A stretch of 64,000 nucleotides of DNA. It comes from Ostreococcus lucimarinus. Lineage: Eukaryota. The stretch lies in assembly GCA_000092065.1 (NCBI GenBank), contig CP000583.1; one strand, 5' to 3'. Positions 48,287-57,754 of the stretch are shown here, piece after piece; position 1 is the stretch's first letter, and every line of letters begins with the position of its first letter. A program made the position numbers and the translations under genes. The notes beneath the pieces are model-generated. The model saw nothing but the letters and a program-made list of their open reading frames with translations, did no database searches and was not told the DNA's origin.

Positions 48287-50095
48287 ATGTCGTTCCGTCG
48301 CGCCGTGCGAACGGCTACTGGTCTTACCGCCACGGCCACGGCCACGGCGCTCGCTGTTCACGGCTTTGTGAGCTCAAACGACGGCCAACTTCCGAAAGAT
48401 CCTTGGAGCGAGTCGAGCACGCCGTTACCGTCACGAAGCGCCACTGTGCGCGCGCTGAAGCGAGCGCAAGAGCCGTGTGACGTGCTCGTCATTGGTGGTG
48501 GTGCCACGGGCGCGGGATGCGCGGTAGATGCGGCGACGAGAGGGCTGAGCGTGACGCTGGTCGAGGGCGAGGACTTTGGCGCCGGGACGAGCGGCCGAAG
48601 CACGAAGCTGGTGCACGGCGGCGTGCGATACCTCGAGAAGGCGGTGTTTCAGCTCGATCCAGGACAGTTGAAGCTTGTTTTTGAGGCGTTGCAAGAGAGG
48701 AAAACGTTGTTAAATAACGCGCCGCACTTGACGCGAGCGTTGCCCATAGCAACGCCGTGTTACGAGTGGTGGGAGGTGCCGTATTACTGGGCGGGAATGA
48801 AGGCGTACGATTTAGTCGCCGGATCGCAAGGTTTGACGATGTCGATTTTCGCGAGAGCAGGGTCCATGAAGTCCCAGTTCCCACAATTGACGCAAATGCG
48901 CACAGATATCGGAGAAAAGTCGATGAAAGGGGCGATTGTGTACTATGACGGGCAGTTTGACGACGCTAGATTAAACGTCGCTTTAGCGTGTACGGCAGCG
49001 CATGCAGGCGCTGCCGTCGTGAATTACACGAGAGTTGTGAAGTTTCACAAGGATGGCGATCGAATCTCCGGCGTGCGAGCTCGCGATATGCTGACTGGGA
49101 GTGAATACGACATTTACGCCAAGACGGTGATCAACGCAAGCGGACCTTTCACGGACGAGCTTCGTAAACTGTCAGACGACAAAGCAGAAGAAATCATGAT
49201 GCCTGCCGCTGGTGCGCACTTGACGCTTCCAGCGTACTACTGCCCGAGCGACCTCGGTCTCATCATTCCAAAGACAAAAGACGGACGTGTCGTCTTCGTA
49301 CTCCCGTGGCTGGGTGCGTGCATTGCAGGTACCACAGATACCAAGTGCGACGTAACGATGACGCCATCGGCCACGAAGGACGAAGTTGATTTCATTTTAG
49401 AGTCAATCGCACCTTATCTGAAAGTTGAGACGCGTCGTTCCGATATTTTGAGCGCGTGGAGTGGTATTCGTCCACTCGCGGCAGATCCGGGGGCAAAGAA
49501 TACAGAAAACATGTCCAGAGATCACGTGATTGCCGTCGAGAAGGATGGAATGGTGACCGTCACTGGAGGTAAATGGACGACTTACAGACGAATGGCTGAA
49601 GAAGCAGTCGATAAGGCCATCGAAACCGGAGGGTTATCGGGAGAAGCTGGCAAGTGCCGAACTCATGCTCTGGGCGTCGTCGGCGCGCATGGTTACACAA
49701 ACGACTTGTTTGTCCAAGTCGCTCAGAGGGGTGGTAGCAGCTTTGGAGGTACGCCAGATGAATCCGTCGCCAAGCATCTCGCTCATTCATATGGCGACAG
49801 AGCTCTCGTTGTAGCGGATCTCGCGGCTTATTCGCACCTGTCAAAGCGTCTCGTGCCAAACCATCCCGTCATTGAAGCGGAAGTCGTGTATGCTGCTCGA
49901 GCGGAATATTGTCAAACTGCGATTGATTTCCTCGCTCGTCGCACACGTCTTGCGTTTTTAGATGTTGATGCTGCCGAAAAAGCTTTACCACGCGTGGTGG
50001 CTCTCCTCGGCGCCGAACTCAACTGGAGTTATATTCGGCGTCGACGAGAGTTGGCTGCCGGTCGAACGTTTCTCTCCACTTTTAAGACGGCATAG
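48287..50095 (+). CDS. FAD-dependent glycerol-3-phosphate dehydrogenase (mitochondrial-type GlpA/GPD2-like) with a transit-like N-terminus
   Basis: DVLVIGGGATGAGCAVDAATRGLSVTLVE FAD-binding fold and the C-terminal GlpA domain. The track starts at GTG 48242; first ATG at 48287. Confidence 0.9.
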   Translation: MSFRRAVRTATGLTATATATALAVHGFVSSNDGQLPKDPWSESSTPLPSRSATVRALKRAQEPCDVLVIGGGATGAGCAVDAATRGLSVTLVEGEDFGAGTSGRSTKLVHGGVRYLEKAVFQLDPGQLKLVFEALQERKTLLNNAPHLTRALPIATPCYEWWEVPYYWAGMKAYDLVAGSQGLTMSIFARAGSMKSQFPQLTQMRTDIGEKSMKGAIVYYDGQFDDARLNVALACTAAHAGAAVVNYTRVVKFHKDGDRISGVRARDMLTGSEYDIYAKTVINASGPFTDELRKLSDDKAEEIMMPAAGAHLTLPAYYCPSDLGLIIPKTKDGRVVFVLPWLGACIAGTTDTKCDVTMTPSATKDEVDFILESIAPYLKVETRRSDILSAWSGIRPLAADPGAKNTENMSRDHVIAVEKDGMVTVTGGKWTTYRRMAEEAVDKAIETGGLSGEAGKCRTHALGVVGAHGYTNDLFVQVAQRGGSSFGGTPDESVAKHLAHSYGDRALVVADLAAYSHLSKRLVPNHPVIEAEVVYAARAEYCQTAIDFLARRTRLAFLDVDAAEKALPRVVALLGAELNWSYIRRRRELAAGRTFLSTFKTA

Positions 50096-50131
50096 CGTGT
50101 ACAGTAGAATAAATTACATACTAGAATAACT

Positions 50132-51607
50132 TCAGCCAAAGATATCTTGCGTTATGCGACGCGCCTGGAGCTTGAGTACCTCGGAGTTGCTCTTCATGAT
50201 GACATCATACAATTTCATCGAGAGATTCGCATACTGGTCAATCTCCATCTTCAAGAGCTCTGCGGACGCGTGCTTGATATTTTGTTCCATCGGACTTGGT
50301 GCTGCTTGCGACGAAATCTGAAGCGTTGATAATAATGCAACTCCCTCGGCCGCATCCGGGTTCCCACTTTCAAGGCTGGCGTGAAACGCGTCGAGCGCGT
50401 CGTCCAAGTCTCCGTTTACGATTTCCGCATACCCTAACGCGGTGAACGCGCTCATGACTCCACCTCTCACGGCTTGCTCATAGTAATTCCTCGCCTCGTT
50501 GAAACTGGCCGGCACACCGACGCCCTCTTCGTAGCACACAGCGAGGTTGTTCATGGCCGCAGCGTTTCCCTTCGCCGCGGCTACTTTGAAGTATTCAGCC
50601 GCATTTTCTCTATCCGCCCCGATCCCTAGCTCCAAGTACTCGAGCGATCCTAGATTATTATTGCATATCGGACACCCTTCTTTCACACCCTCTTTGTACC
50701 ATCCACGAGCTTGATCATAATCACATTTCACACCGATACCGAGCTCGTAAATCTTGCCAATGCTCGAATACGCGGGAACGTATCGATCCTTCGCAGCTAA
50801 AACGTAGCACTTTAGCGCCTCTTTCGCCTTCTCATCACTCGTTTCTTCGTCAACATCTACGTCGTAAGATTCCGCCTCCAAAGCTTTCCCTCGAAGAAAC
50901 AATGCGTGCGCTTCGCTCATCGGCCCAAGCGGTACCTCGGGCAAAACGATTTCCTTTCGCTTCCCCTCTGATTGCTGTTTGTCCGCCAACATCGCCACCA
51001 CGGGCGTGCGCGTCGAAGCGATGTCGAAATTTCCGTCGCTATATCTTACCGCTCGCAAAATACACCCCACGTCAACGTCTTGACACACATATCGTTCGCC
51101 TCGAGCGTTTTCGATCAACTCCACGCCGCCCTGCGGCCCGACGCGTTGCCACCGCAGCGTCGTCAATCCTCCCATCTTCCGCCGCGTGATCGCCTCCACG
51201 CACTCCCCCGCGCGAACCATACCAGCCAATCGCATGTAATCCTCGGCCCCATCACCCTCACCACGACTCAGTGCGTCGCCGTAATCCAACGCTCTCGTCA
51301 GCGCTCGCTCGCGCGCGTCCCGCTCGTCCTCGTCGCTCGCCGTCTCGCTCGGCGGCACGTACCCATCGTCGTCCACCACCGCTTGATCCTCCAAGTATTG
51401 CATCGTGAGTGCGTGTTTATGATCGTCGCGCTCGCGCGTCACCGTTCCGGGCGGCGCGTGCCGTTCGCCGGGCGTCATCACCGAGGCCTCGCGCGGGACG
51501 CCGTCGTCGCCCGCGGGGACAATCACGCGCGGCGTGGGCGATTGCGGCACGTGCGTCGGTCGAGACGCGCGCTCTGGAGTAGTGGGTGGACTTTTTTCAC
51601 GCACCAT
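50132..51607 (-). CDS. Sel1-like (TPR-like) repeat protein
   Basis: Repeated ...A..YY..AA..G...A...LG..Y..G.GV motifs in the C-terminal half (GNAAAMNNLAVCYEEGVGV). Confidence 0.6.
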   Translation of the reverse strand: MVREKSPPTTPERASRPTHVPQSPTPRVIVPAGDDGVPREASVMTPGERHAPPGTVTRERDDHKHALTMQYLEDQAVVDDDGYVPPSETASDEDERDARERALTRALDYGDALSRGEGDGAEDYMRLAGMVRAGECVEAITRRKMGGLTTLRWQRVGPQGGVELIENARGERYVCQDVDVGCILRAVRYSDGNFDIASTRTPVVAMLADKQQSEGKRKEIVLPEVPLGPMSEAHALFLRGKALEAESYDVDVDEETSDEKAKEALKCYVLAAKDRYVPAYSSIGKIYELGIGVKCDYDQARGWYKEGVKEGCPICNNNLGSLEYLELGIGADRENAAEYFKVAAAKGNAAAMNNLAVCYEEGVGVPASFNEARNYYEQAVRGGVMSAFTALGYAEIVNGDLDDALDAFHASLESGNPDAAEGVALLSTLQISSQAAPSPMEQNIKHASAELLKMEIDQYANLSMKLYDVIMKSNSEVLKLQARRITQDIFG

Positions 51608-51871
51608 CGCGCGCGATCGCGCGGGAGACGCGAGCGAGACGCGCAGTGCGGGACGGCGCGCGAGCGGGCGAGCCGAACGCGAGCGAGCGGGACCGACGCG
51701 CGAGACGCGCGAGAGTAACACGACGCGCGGGCGCTCGGATCGAGCGAAGATGATTTTACGAACGTGTATTCGTTATTACACATAAGAATCCCACTAGCTG
51801 GGCCACCAAATTCCAAATCTCTCCTCTCTCTCCTCCTCAACTTGCAAAAGCTCCGATGCGACGCATCGCTT

Positions 51872-52426
51872 TTAGTTCATGCGGCGGATGAGCGCGTTGA
51901 TCTTATCTTCGCGGTTACCAGCCATGCCACCTTCGATGAAGTGTTGCTTCTTCACAGTCATCCCGCCGTTCGGGGCGGAGAGCTTGAACGGCCACAAAAA
52001 GTTGGCGCACTCCTTGAAGTGCGGACCGACGGTGTAAATTTCGTGAATCAAGTCTTCGACGCAAATGATCCCCTTGTCGCCGAGGGCTTGCTCAACCACG
52101 GCGTTATCCGTGAGCGGAATGCGCTGCTTGTTCACCTTACCGTAACCACGCTTGTAGATGAGCTCTCTAACCGTCTTCAAGTTCGGGTAACCAAACATGA
52201 TGTACGGCTCCACCTTGCGAAGCTGGTTGAGCGTCGCCTTGTTCACCTTCATGAAAATCCCGTTGTGGATTTGACGCAAGCGAAGGAGCTGGAGAATCTT
52301 CTTCGTCTTCGGGTGAATGTCATTCAAACCGCGCAAGCGCATGACAAACATGAGCTTTTCCTCGGGTTCGACGTAGAAACCACCCTTGGCGCGCGCCTCG
52401 CGCTTGAGACGCACGAGGTCGGCTTC
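51872..52426 (-). CDS. RPL7: 60S ribosomal protein L7 (uL30), exon 2
   Basis: [56 protein letters not shown]... aligns with RPL7 through the C-terminus. A CGCGCAG acceptor precedes the exon. Confidence 0.85.
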   Translation of the reverse strand, partial: EADLVRLKREARAKGGFYVEPEEKLMFVMRLRGLNDIHPKTKKILQLLRLRQIHNGIFMKVNKATLNQLRKVEPYIMFGYPNLKTVRELIYKRGYGKVNKQRIPLTDNAVVEQALGDKGIICVEDLIHEIYTVGPHFKECANFLWPFKLSAPNGGMTVKKQHFIEGGMAGNREDKINALIRRMN

Positions 52427-52665
52427 CTGCGCGCGCGAACAGACGCATCGTCGTCGTCGTTAGTCATCGCGTCCAATCGAGCGTTCGCGAGCGCAACGCG
52501 ACGCATCGTAATGTCGCCTCCGCCTATCAATCGCAAGCGCGCATCCAACACGCGTCGCGCTCATCCCAAGGCCGCCGCGCGACGCGCGCGACGTCCCGCG
52601 ACGTCCCGACGAACCCTAAAACAATCCCATCGCGCCCAGTCACATCGCTCGCTCACATCACGCAC

Positions 52666-52866
52666 CTGGTCGCGGTACTCCTTGACATACTTCTCCGCGC
52701 GCTTGAAAATTTCCTCGCGCTTCTTCTCGCCCGCCTTCTTCGCTTCGGCCGCGGCCGCCGCCTTTTGCGACGCCCACTGCTCGTCGCGTTTGCGCTTCTT
52801 CAGCACGGATTCGGGAACGGTGGAAGGCTGCACGTCGCGCGCGCGAAAGCGTCCTCCGTCAGTCAT
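52666..52866 (-). CDS. RPL7: 60S ribosomal protein L7, exon 1 (MTDGG...KEYRDQ), followed by a GTGCGT donor and an intron of about 239 nt
   Basis: 67 codons matching the RPL7 N-terminal region (…KRAEKYVKEYRDQ versus human EKAKHYHKEYRQM). Confidence 0.8.
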
Positions 52867-53423
52867 CGTTCGTCGCAAACATATCCATCCACCGATCGCC
52901 CTCGATCTCCCTCCCTCTCGCGCCGCGACCGCGCCGACATCGCCCTCCCATCGACGCATCGACGCGCCGCGCGTTAGGGTCACGCATCGCGCGAATCGCG
53001 TGCACCGTCGCGCGCACCGCGCGCGCATCGCCGATCGACGACGCGCGCGCGCGGTGACGAGTGCGAATGCGCGCGTCACGCGCGGTCGCTTCGCGTTCGC
53101 CGCGCACCATGCTCGCGTTCGCGCGTCGAGGTTAGAGGCCGACGAGGTCGCGATCGACGCGCGACGCGCCCGTCCGCCGGCGCGTCGAGGGTCGTGTGTC
53201 GTCGAGTCTTGTCATGTCCGAATGTCCGAATCTCTGCGGACGGTCGATCTCACATCGGCGCGCGCATCGGATCGTACGGTATTCTCGACCGACGAAGATT
53301 CGCGATAAATCGTTTCGCACTGAATGCCCAGGCGATGCACGAACGACGACGCGCCCGCGGCGCGCGAATGCCGAGCGGATCCGAGGCGCCAGATCGACGC
53401 GCGCGCGACGATTCGCGCGAGCG

Positions 53424-54233
53424 ATGTCGATCTCGAACAGCGTGCGAAAGCTGGAGACGGACGCGTACGGCGCGATCCTGAAAGCGATGGCGGTGACGGG
53501 GCTGACGTGGGAGCGCGAGGAGTTTTTAGGACGGCTCAGGGTGGAATTAAACGTCTCGAGCGAGGAGCACTTGAAGATGAGGGACCAGGTCGAAACGGAC
53601 GAACGCGTCGCTAAATTGCGACAAGGGCTGACGGATCATAAGGATACGCAGGAGGCGAAGCGACAGCGAACGGAGGCGGCGGCGATGGCGGCGGCGATGG
53701 CGCCGGCGGCGCCGCCGAGGGCGCACGCGGCGCCGAGGCGAAAGCCGCAGCACTCGGCGACGAGAGCGCCGAAGATCACGCCCGCGCAGTTGGAAGCGAT
53801 GGGGGTGAATGAGCTCATCTGTAAGAAGGTGAAGAGATTCTGGCCGAGCGAGGGGGGGTGGTTTGATTGCATCATCACGGATTATAACACCGAGACGAAG
53901 CAGCATTGCTTGACGTACGAAATCAATACCCCGAACGAGTCGTACGAATGGGCGGACATCTCGACGTTTTCCCCGCATGAGTTCAAGATTGAAGAGGGCA
54001 GGGTGGATATTCGTGAATTGCAGGCGTTCACGCAAGGACCAGGGGCGGCAGCGGCGCAAGCGCAGGCCAACACGTCGGTGGTGGGCGCTCCCGCGGACCA
54101 CATCGTTGCGGCGGCGACCAAGGCGCGTGATCCGGCCAAATTCGAGGCGGTGAAGACCTCTTTGACGGCCGAAGAGGAGGCGCTACGAAAGCAACTCGCA
54201 GAATTGGAAGACAGCGAAGATGAAGACGATTAA
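53424..54233 (+). CDS. ENT (EMSY N-terminal) domain protein with a C-terminal Agenet/Tudor-like domain (plant EMSY-like type)
   Basis: ETDAYGAILKAMAVTGLTWEREEFLGRLRVELNVSSEEH is the ENT signature. RFWPSEGGWFDCIITDYN is Agenet/Tudor-like. Confidence 0.7.
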   Translation: MSISNSVRKLETDAYGAILKAMAVTGLTWEREEFLGRLRVELNVSSEEHLKMRDQVETDERVAKLRQGLTDHKDTQEAKRQRTEAAAMAAAMAPAAPPRAHAAPRRKPQHSATRAPKITPAQLEAMGVNELICKKVKRFWPSEGGWFDCIITDYNTETKQHCLTYEINTPNESYEWADISTFSPHEFKIEEGRVDIRELQAFTQGPGAAAAQAQANTSVVGAPADHIVAAATKARDPAKFEAVKTSLTAEEEALRKQLAELEDSEDEDD

Positions 54234-54306
54234 CACTGATGTCGAAGGGAAATAATCTAGAAAAAAATTTACAGCCCCGATGATGTAACGATTTCGTCGT
54301 CTTTGT

Positions 54307-55119
54307 TTACGTTTTCTTGTACCATTCCGCGAGCTTTTCCATGGGCACGCCGATGTGATAACCTAATATAATTACTTGATTCATCAGAGTCACTTTACTG
54401 AATCCTCGCTCGTCCCATCGCCTGCCGCTCGTCGTCACGGGGGCGCTAAATAGCGCCGGCGCGCCGCGTCGCCGCAACTTTCGCGCCATGATGTAGTCCT
54501 CCATAAACGGTAGCTCATCGAACCCTCCGACGCTGTCAAACGTTTCTCGTCGCATAACCAAAGCCTGATCACCGTAAGGCATTCTAAACAGTCTACACCG
54601 CGCATTCGTCCCGAATTCGATTGCGCGCCGAGTGCACGTTCGAGCGAACCCTTCGTCCTCTCGCTCGCCGCCCATCTTAAATTCGAACGCCCCCCACTCG
54701 CGCGATCGTCCAGTCACGCGTTTCGCCAACGCGCGCGTTATTAACTCCCCGTACCCAGTCGGTAGCGTGCTATCGGCGTGCAGAAACACCAACACATCGC
54801 TCGCGTCTCGCGTCCCCGTCGCCGCCGCCGCCGCCGCCCCCGCGTTCATCTGTCTCCCTCGTCCTCGCTCGCTCCTCACCACGCTCGCCCCGTGCTTCCG
54901 CGCCACGCGCACGGTGGCATCGGTGCTTCCGCCGTCAACGACGATCACGCGCGCGCTCGCGTTCGCGCGCGCGCTCGCGATGGCTTCGCGCACGCGCGTC
55001 TCTTCGTTTAGCGCTGGGATCACCACGGTGAACGACGCCTTCGACGACGGCGCCCTCGACGACGACGCGCGACGCCCATCGCGCGCGTCGCCGTCGCGTC
55101 CCGCGCGATCGAACCGCAT
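54307..55119 (-). CDS. Small GT-A-fold family-2 glycosyltransferase of bacterial type
   Basis: FTVVIPALNEE ... VVDGGSTD ... GT2 motifs in about 270 aa. Resembles the 'rSAM/selenodomain-associated transferase 2' class by recollection only. First ATG at 55119. Confidence 0.7.
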   Translation of the reverse strand: MRFDRAGRDGDARDGRRASSSRAPSSKASFTVVIPALNEETRVREAIASARANASARVIVVDGGSTDATVRVARKHGASVVRSERGRGRQMNAGAAAAAATGTRDASDVLVFLHADSTLPTGYGELITRALAKRVTGRSREWGAFEFKMGGEREDEGFARTCTRRAIEFGTNARCRLFRMPYGDQALVMRRETFDSVGGFDELPFMEDYIMARKLRRRGAPALFSAPVTTSGRRWDERGFSKVTLMNQVIILGYHIGVPMEKLAEWYKKT

Positions 55120-55202
55120 CGCGCGCCGCGTCGACCGCACCGCGCGCGCGGTCAACGAGTGACGATTTGTATTCGTTTCGACTTCAGAACGACGCGCGAC
55201 GC

Positions 55203-57173
55203 ATGCGACGCGCGGTCGTCAACGTCGCCCTCGGCGCGCTGACGATCGTCGATGTTGTTTCGCGCGCGAGCGCGAGCGCGGTGACGATGCGCGCGCGCGC
55301 GATGCGGGCGTACGTCGCCGATGCGATGACGTGCGGCGTCGAAGGACGGTTGCGCGACGAAGCGTCGTCGAGCGATCGGGACGGCGGTGGCGCGCGCGTC
55401 GTCGCGGCGATCGGTGACGGCGGTGATGGATGCGCTGTCGATGCGCGAGGACTGGCGCTGGGCGAGGCCGCGGGACGGGTTGAAGCGATGGAACGCTCGA
55501 GCGCGGCGGACGCCGAGGCGCTGGCGCGCGCGATGATAAACGCGACGACGACAGAGTTGTGGTTGAGGAACGATTTTCGAGCGGTCGAGGAGCTGCTAAT
55601 CCCGATATTCAGCGTTCGCGACGACGACGATGGCTGGCGATGGATGACGCTGTGGGTCAACGCGAATGGAGACGCGCGAATGGGCGGCGACGATTTCTTT
55701 ACGCCGAAGTCGTTCTCTCTCGAGGCGGATGAGGAGAATCAGACGCACGTCGTCGTAATCGTCGACGATGCCGCGGTGAAAACATATGTAAACGCCGCGT
55801 TAAAGTTACAAATGCCTCGGGGGGATGTATGGAGGCTGTCGCGTCCATATGCGCGAGCGCGCATCGTCCTCGGAGGAAGGGCGACCAACGCCGATATTGC
55901 GTGGTCGGGCACGATATACGCTGTCGCGCTCTACCCGTTTGCGCTCACCGCGAGTGACATCGAAAACATTTATGCAGCCGGTTTACCTCACGCTACGCTC
56001 GAGACGTCGGGCGAAATTATCGATATTGACGTGAATCGAGGCGAGGCTATTTCAGCTACGTTTGACGTCGAGACACAAATTGAATTCGATAGCGATCGCC
56101 TCGACGCGCTGTGTGATGAGAATGAGAGTTCTTGCGATTTGTACGTTGATTCTGAATTGATCATCCTAGAGTGGCCACTTTACGGGACGGTTTACTCGTG
56201 TGGATATCCGCGATCTCAGGGCAATGTACGGCGCCTGCCCGCGGACGAGCTGTGCTACCTTGCGACGAATGCTCCGAGCGGTGTAGACGAACATTCGATG
56301 GTGTACCGCGATGCATTTAGATTTGAAATCGCCGGTATCTCTCAGTCACCACGGTTCAAGATTGCGGTTGACGTCCACAAGGGCGTGCTTGCGTGTGACG
56401 TCAACATCCATATGGACGAAGGAGGCGTCGCTGTCACGACGCTTCAGATCATGAACACTGGACACGAATCCGAAGACACGGGCTTCATAGTGAACACATT
56501 TATGGAGCATGGGGTATTTTTTTTTGAGAATGGAACGACCGTACCGATTTATGAGCGCATCGTAGGACACGCGTGCGGGGCTCAGCCCGCATGCAAATAT
56601 TATTCAGTCGATCAGCAAATGCGTCGATGGTGCTTAAACGTCGTTATCGTGCCGTTGCCGGAGTATTTCAATGCGCAAGATACGTTCTTGGGTCCAGAAT
56701 ATCCACCTTGGGAGATGAAGCCGACGAAGATCTCATATTCGGGCTTTGTCGGCGAACACCTATCAAAGCCGGCAACGTTGAACATCACCGTGAGTGCCGT
56801 ATCGAACGAACCGCGGCTTCGAGTGAACCGCAGTGTTTTTACAGCAAAATACCTCGATCGGGTGAGTATCGGAACTTTTCGAATAGACGCGGGTGATTAC
56901 GACTCAAGAGCGTCGCGCGTCGCTATTCGCTCCGCAAAAGCAAATTTGTTATCAGTCTCCAACCTGAGCGCCGTGGCGCTTTGTGAGAATCCGTTCGTCG
57001 CAGGTGATGGAACCGGCAATGATGAGATTGTCTTTGATGCCGTACCGAGCGTCATCGCCTCCGTGCTGAACAGTTTGGTTTACGTTCACATCAAACGCGG
57101 CGCCACACAAGACGAGGTGCGAATAGAAGTCGGCGCAAAAAAGATCGTCTTGATAGCGCTGCTGGGCGCGTAG
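55203..57173 (+). CDS. Large secreted protein with a probable ConA-like/LamG-like lectin domain
   Basis: Signal-like MRRAVVNVALGALTIVDVVSRASA. DGWRWMTLWVNANGDARMGGDDFF ... AWSGTIYAVALYPFALTASDIENIY is reminiscent of LamG/ConA-like folds. Low certainty on family. Confidence 0.45.
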   Translation: MRRAVVNVALGALTIVDVVSRASASAVTMRARAMRAYVADAMTCGVEGRLRDEASSSDRDGGGARVVAAIGDGGDGCAVDARGLALGEAAGRVEAMERSSAADAEALARAMINATTTELWLRNDFRAVEELLIPIFSVRDDDDGWRWMTLWVNANGDARMGGDDFFTPKSFSLEADEENQTHVVVIVDDAAVKTYVNAALKLQMPRGDVWRLSRPYARARIVLGGRATNADIAWSGTIYAVALYPFALTASDIENIYAAGLPHATLETSGEIIDIDVNRGEAISATFDVETQIEFDSDRLDALCDENESSCDLYVDSELIILEWPLYGTVYSCGYPRSQGNVRRLPADELCYLATNAPSGVDEHSMVYRDAFRFEIAGISQSPRFKIAVDVHKGVLACDVNIHMDEGGVAVTTLQIMNTGHESEDTGFIVNTFMEHGVFFFENGTTVPIYERIVGHACGAQPACKYYSVDQQMRRWCLNVVIVPLPEYFNAQDTFLGPEYPPWEMKPTKISYSGFVGEHLSKPATLNITVSAVSNEPRLRVNRSVFTAKYLDRVSIGTFRIDAGDYDSRASRVAIRSAKANLLSVSNLSAVALCENPFVAGDGTGNDEIVFDAVPSVIASVLNSLVYVHIKRGATQDEVRIEVGAKKIVLIALLGA

Positions 57174-57313
57174 AGCTGTGCAATGCGTACAATGAATTTT
57201 TGCAGCTGATTATCGTCGAATTTACCCGCACTAGCTCGATCAACTGCGCGCCGCGCCTCACTTCTCCGCGGTGACTACCTCGCAGTGGTCACAATCGCAC
57301 TCGTGCGGACGCC

Positions 57314-57685
57314 ATGCCCGGTAAACCGCCGCGAAACGAGCGCTCGCTGGTGTGTTTCATCCAAGCTCTAGTCGGGACCACGGTCGTGATCGAATGCCGC
57401 GATGACGTCGCGCTCAGGGGTCACCTCGAGCAGTGCGATGAGGGCATGCACTGCACGCTCACGAATGCAATCCGCGTCACGCCCGAGGGGCACAAGACTA
57501 AGCTCGAGCGCGTGTTCGTGCGCGCGCGCATGATACGTTACGTACACTTCGCGCCGACGATCGATCCGTTAGAGCTGATCGAACAGAAGAGGCTCGAGTG
57601 GTTCAATGCGTCGAGGCACTACGCGGGCAAGGCGGCGTTTGGTCCCAAGAACGCGCCCAAGGTACGGGATGCGGAGGCTAGGTAG
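57314..57685 (+). CDS. Sm-like protein, closest in motif to LSm10 (U7 snRNP)
   Basis: SLVCFIQALVGTTVVIECRDDVALRGHLEQCDEGMHCTL ... VFVRARMIRYVHFAP (compare LSm10 LFVTGRNVRYVHIPD). Confidence 0.55.
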   Translation: MPGKPPRNERSLVCFIQALVGTTVVIECRDDVALRGHLEQCDEGMHCTLTNAIRVTPEGHKTKLERVFVRARMIRYVHFAPTIDPLELIEQKRLEWFNASRHYAGKAAFGPKNAPKVRDAEAR

Positions 57686-57754
57686 AAAAGCGTACAGTAG
57701 ATAAATAGAATGAATAGCATGCTTTGTGTAATATTACAGTGTATCATCAAATCA

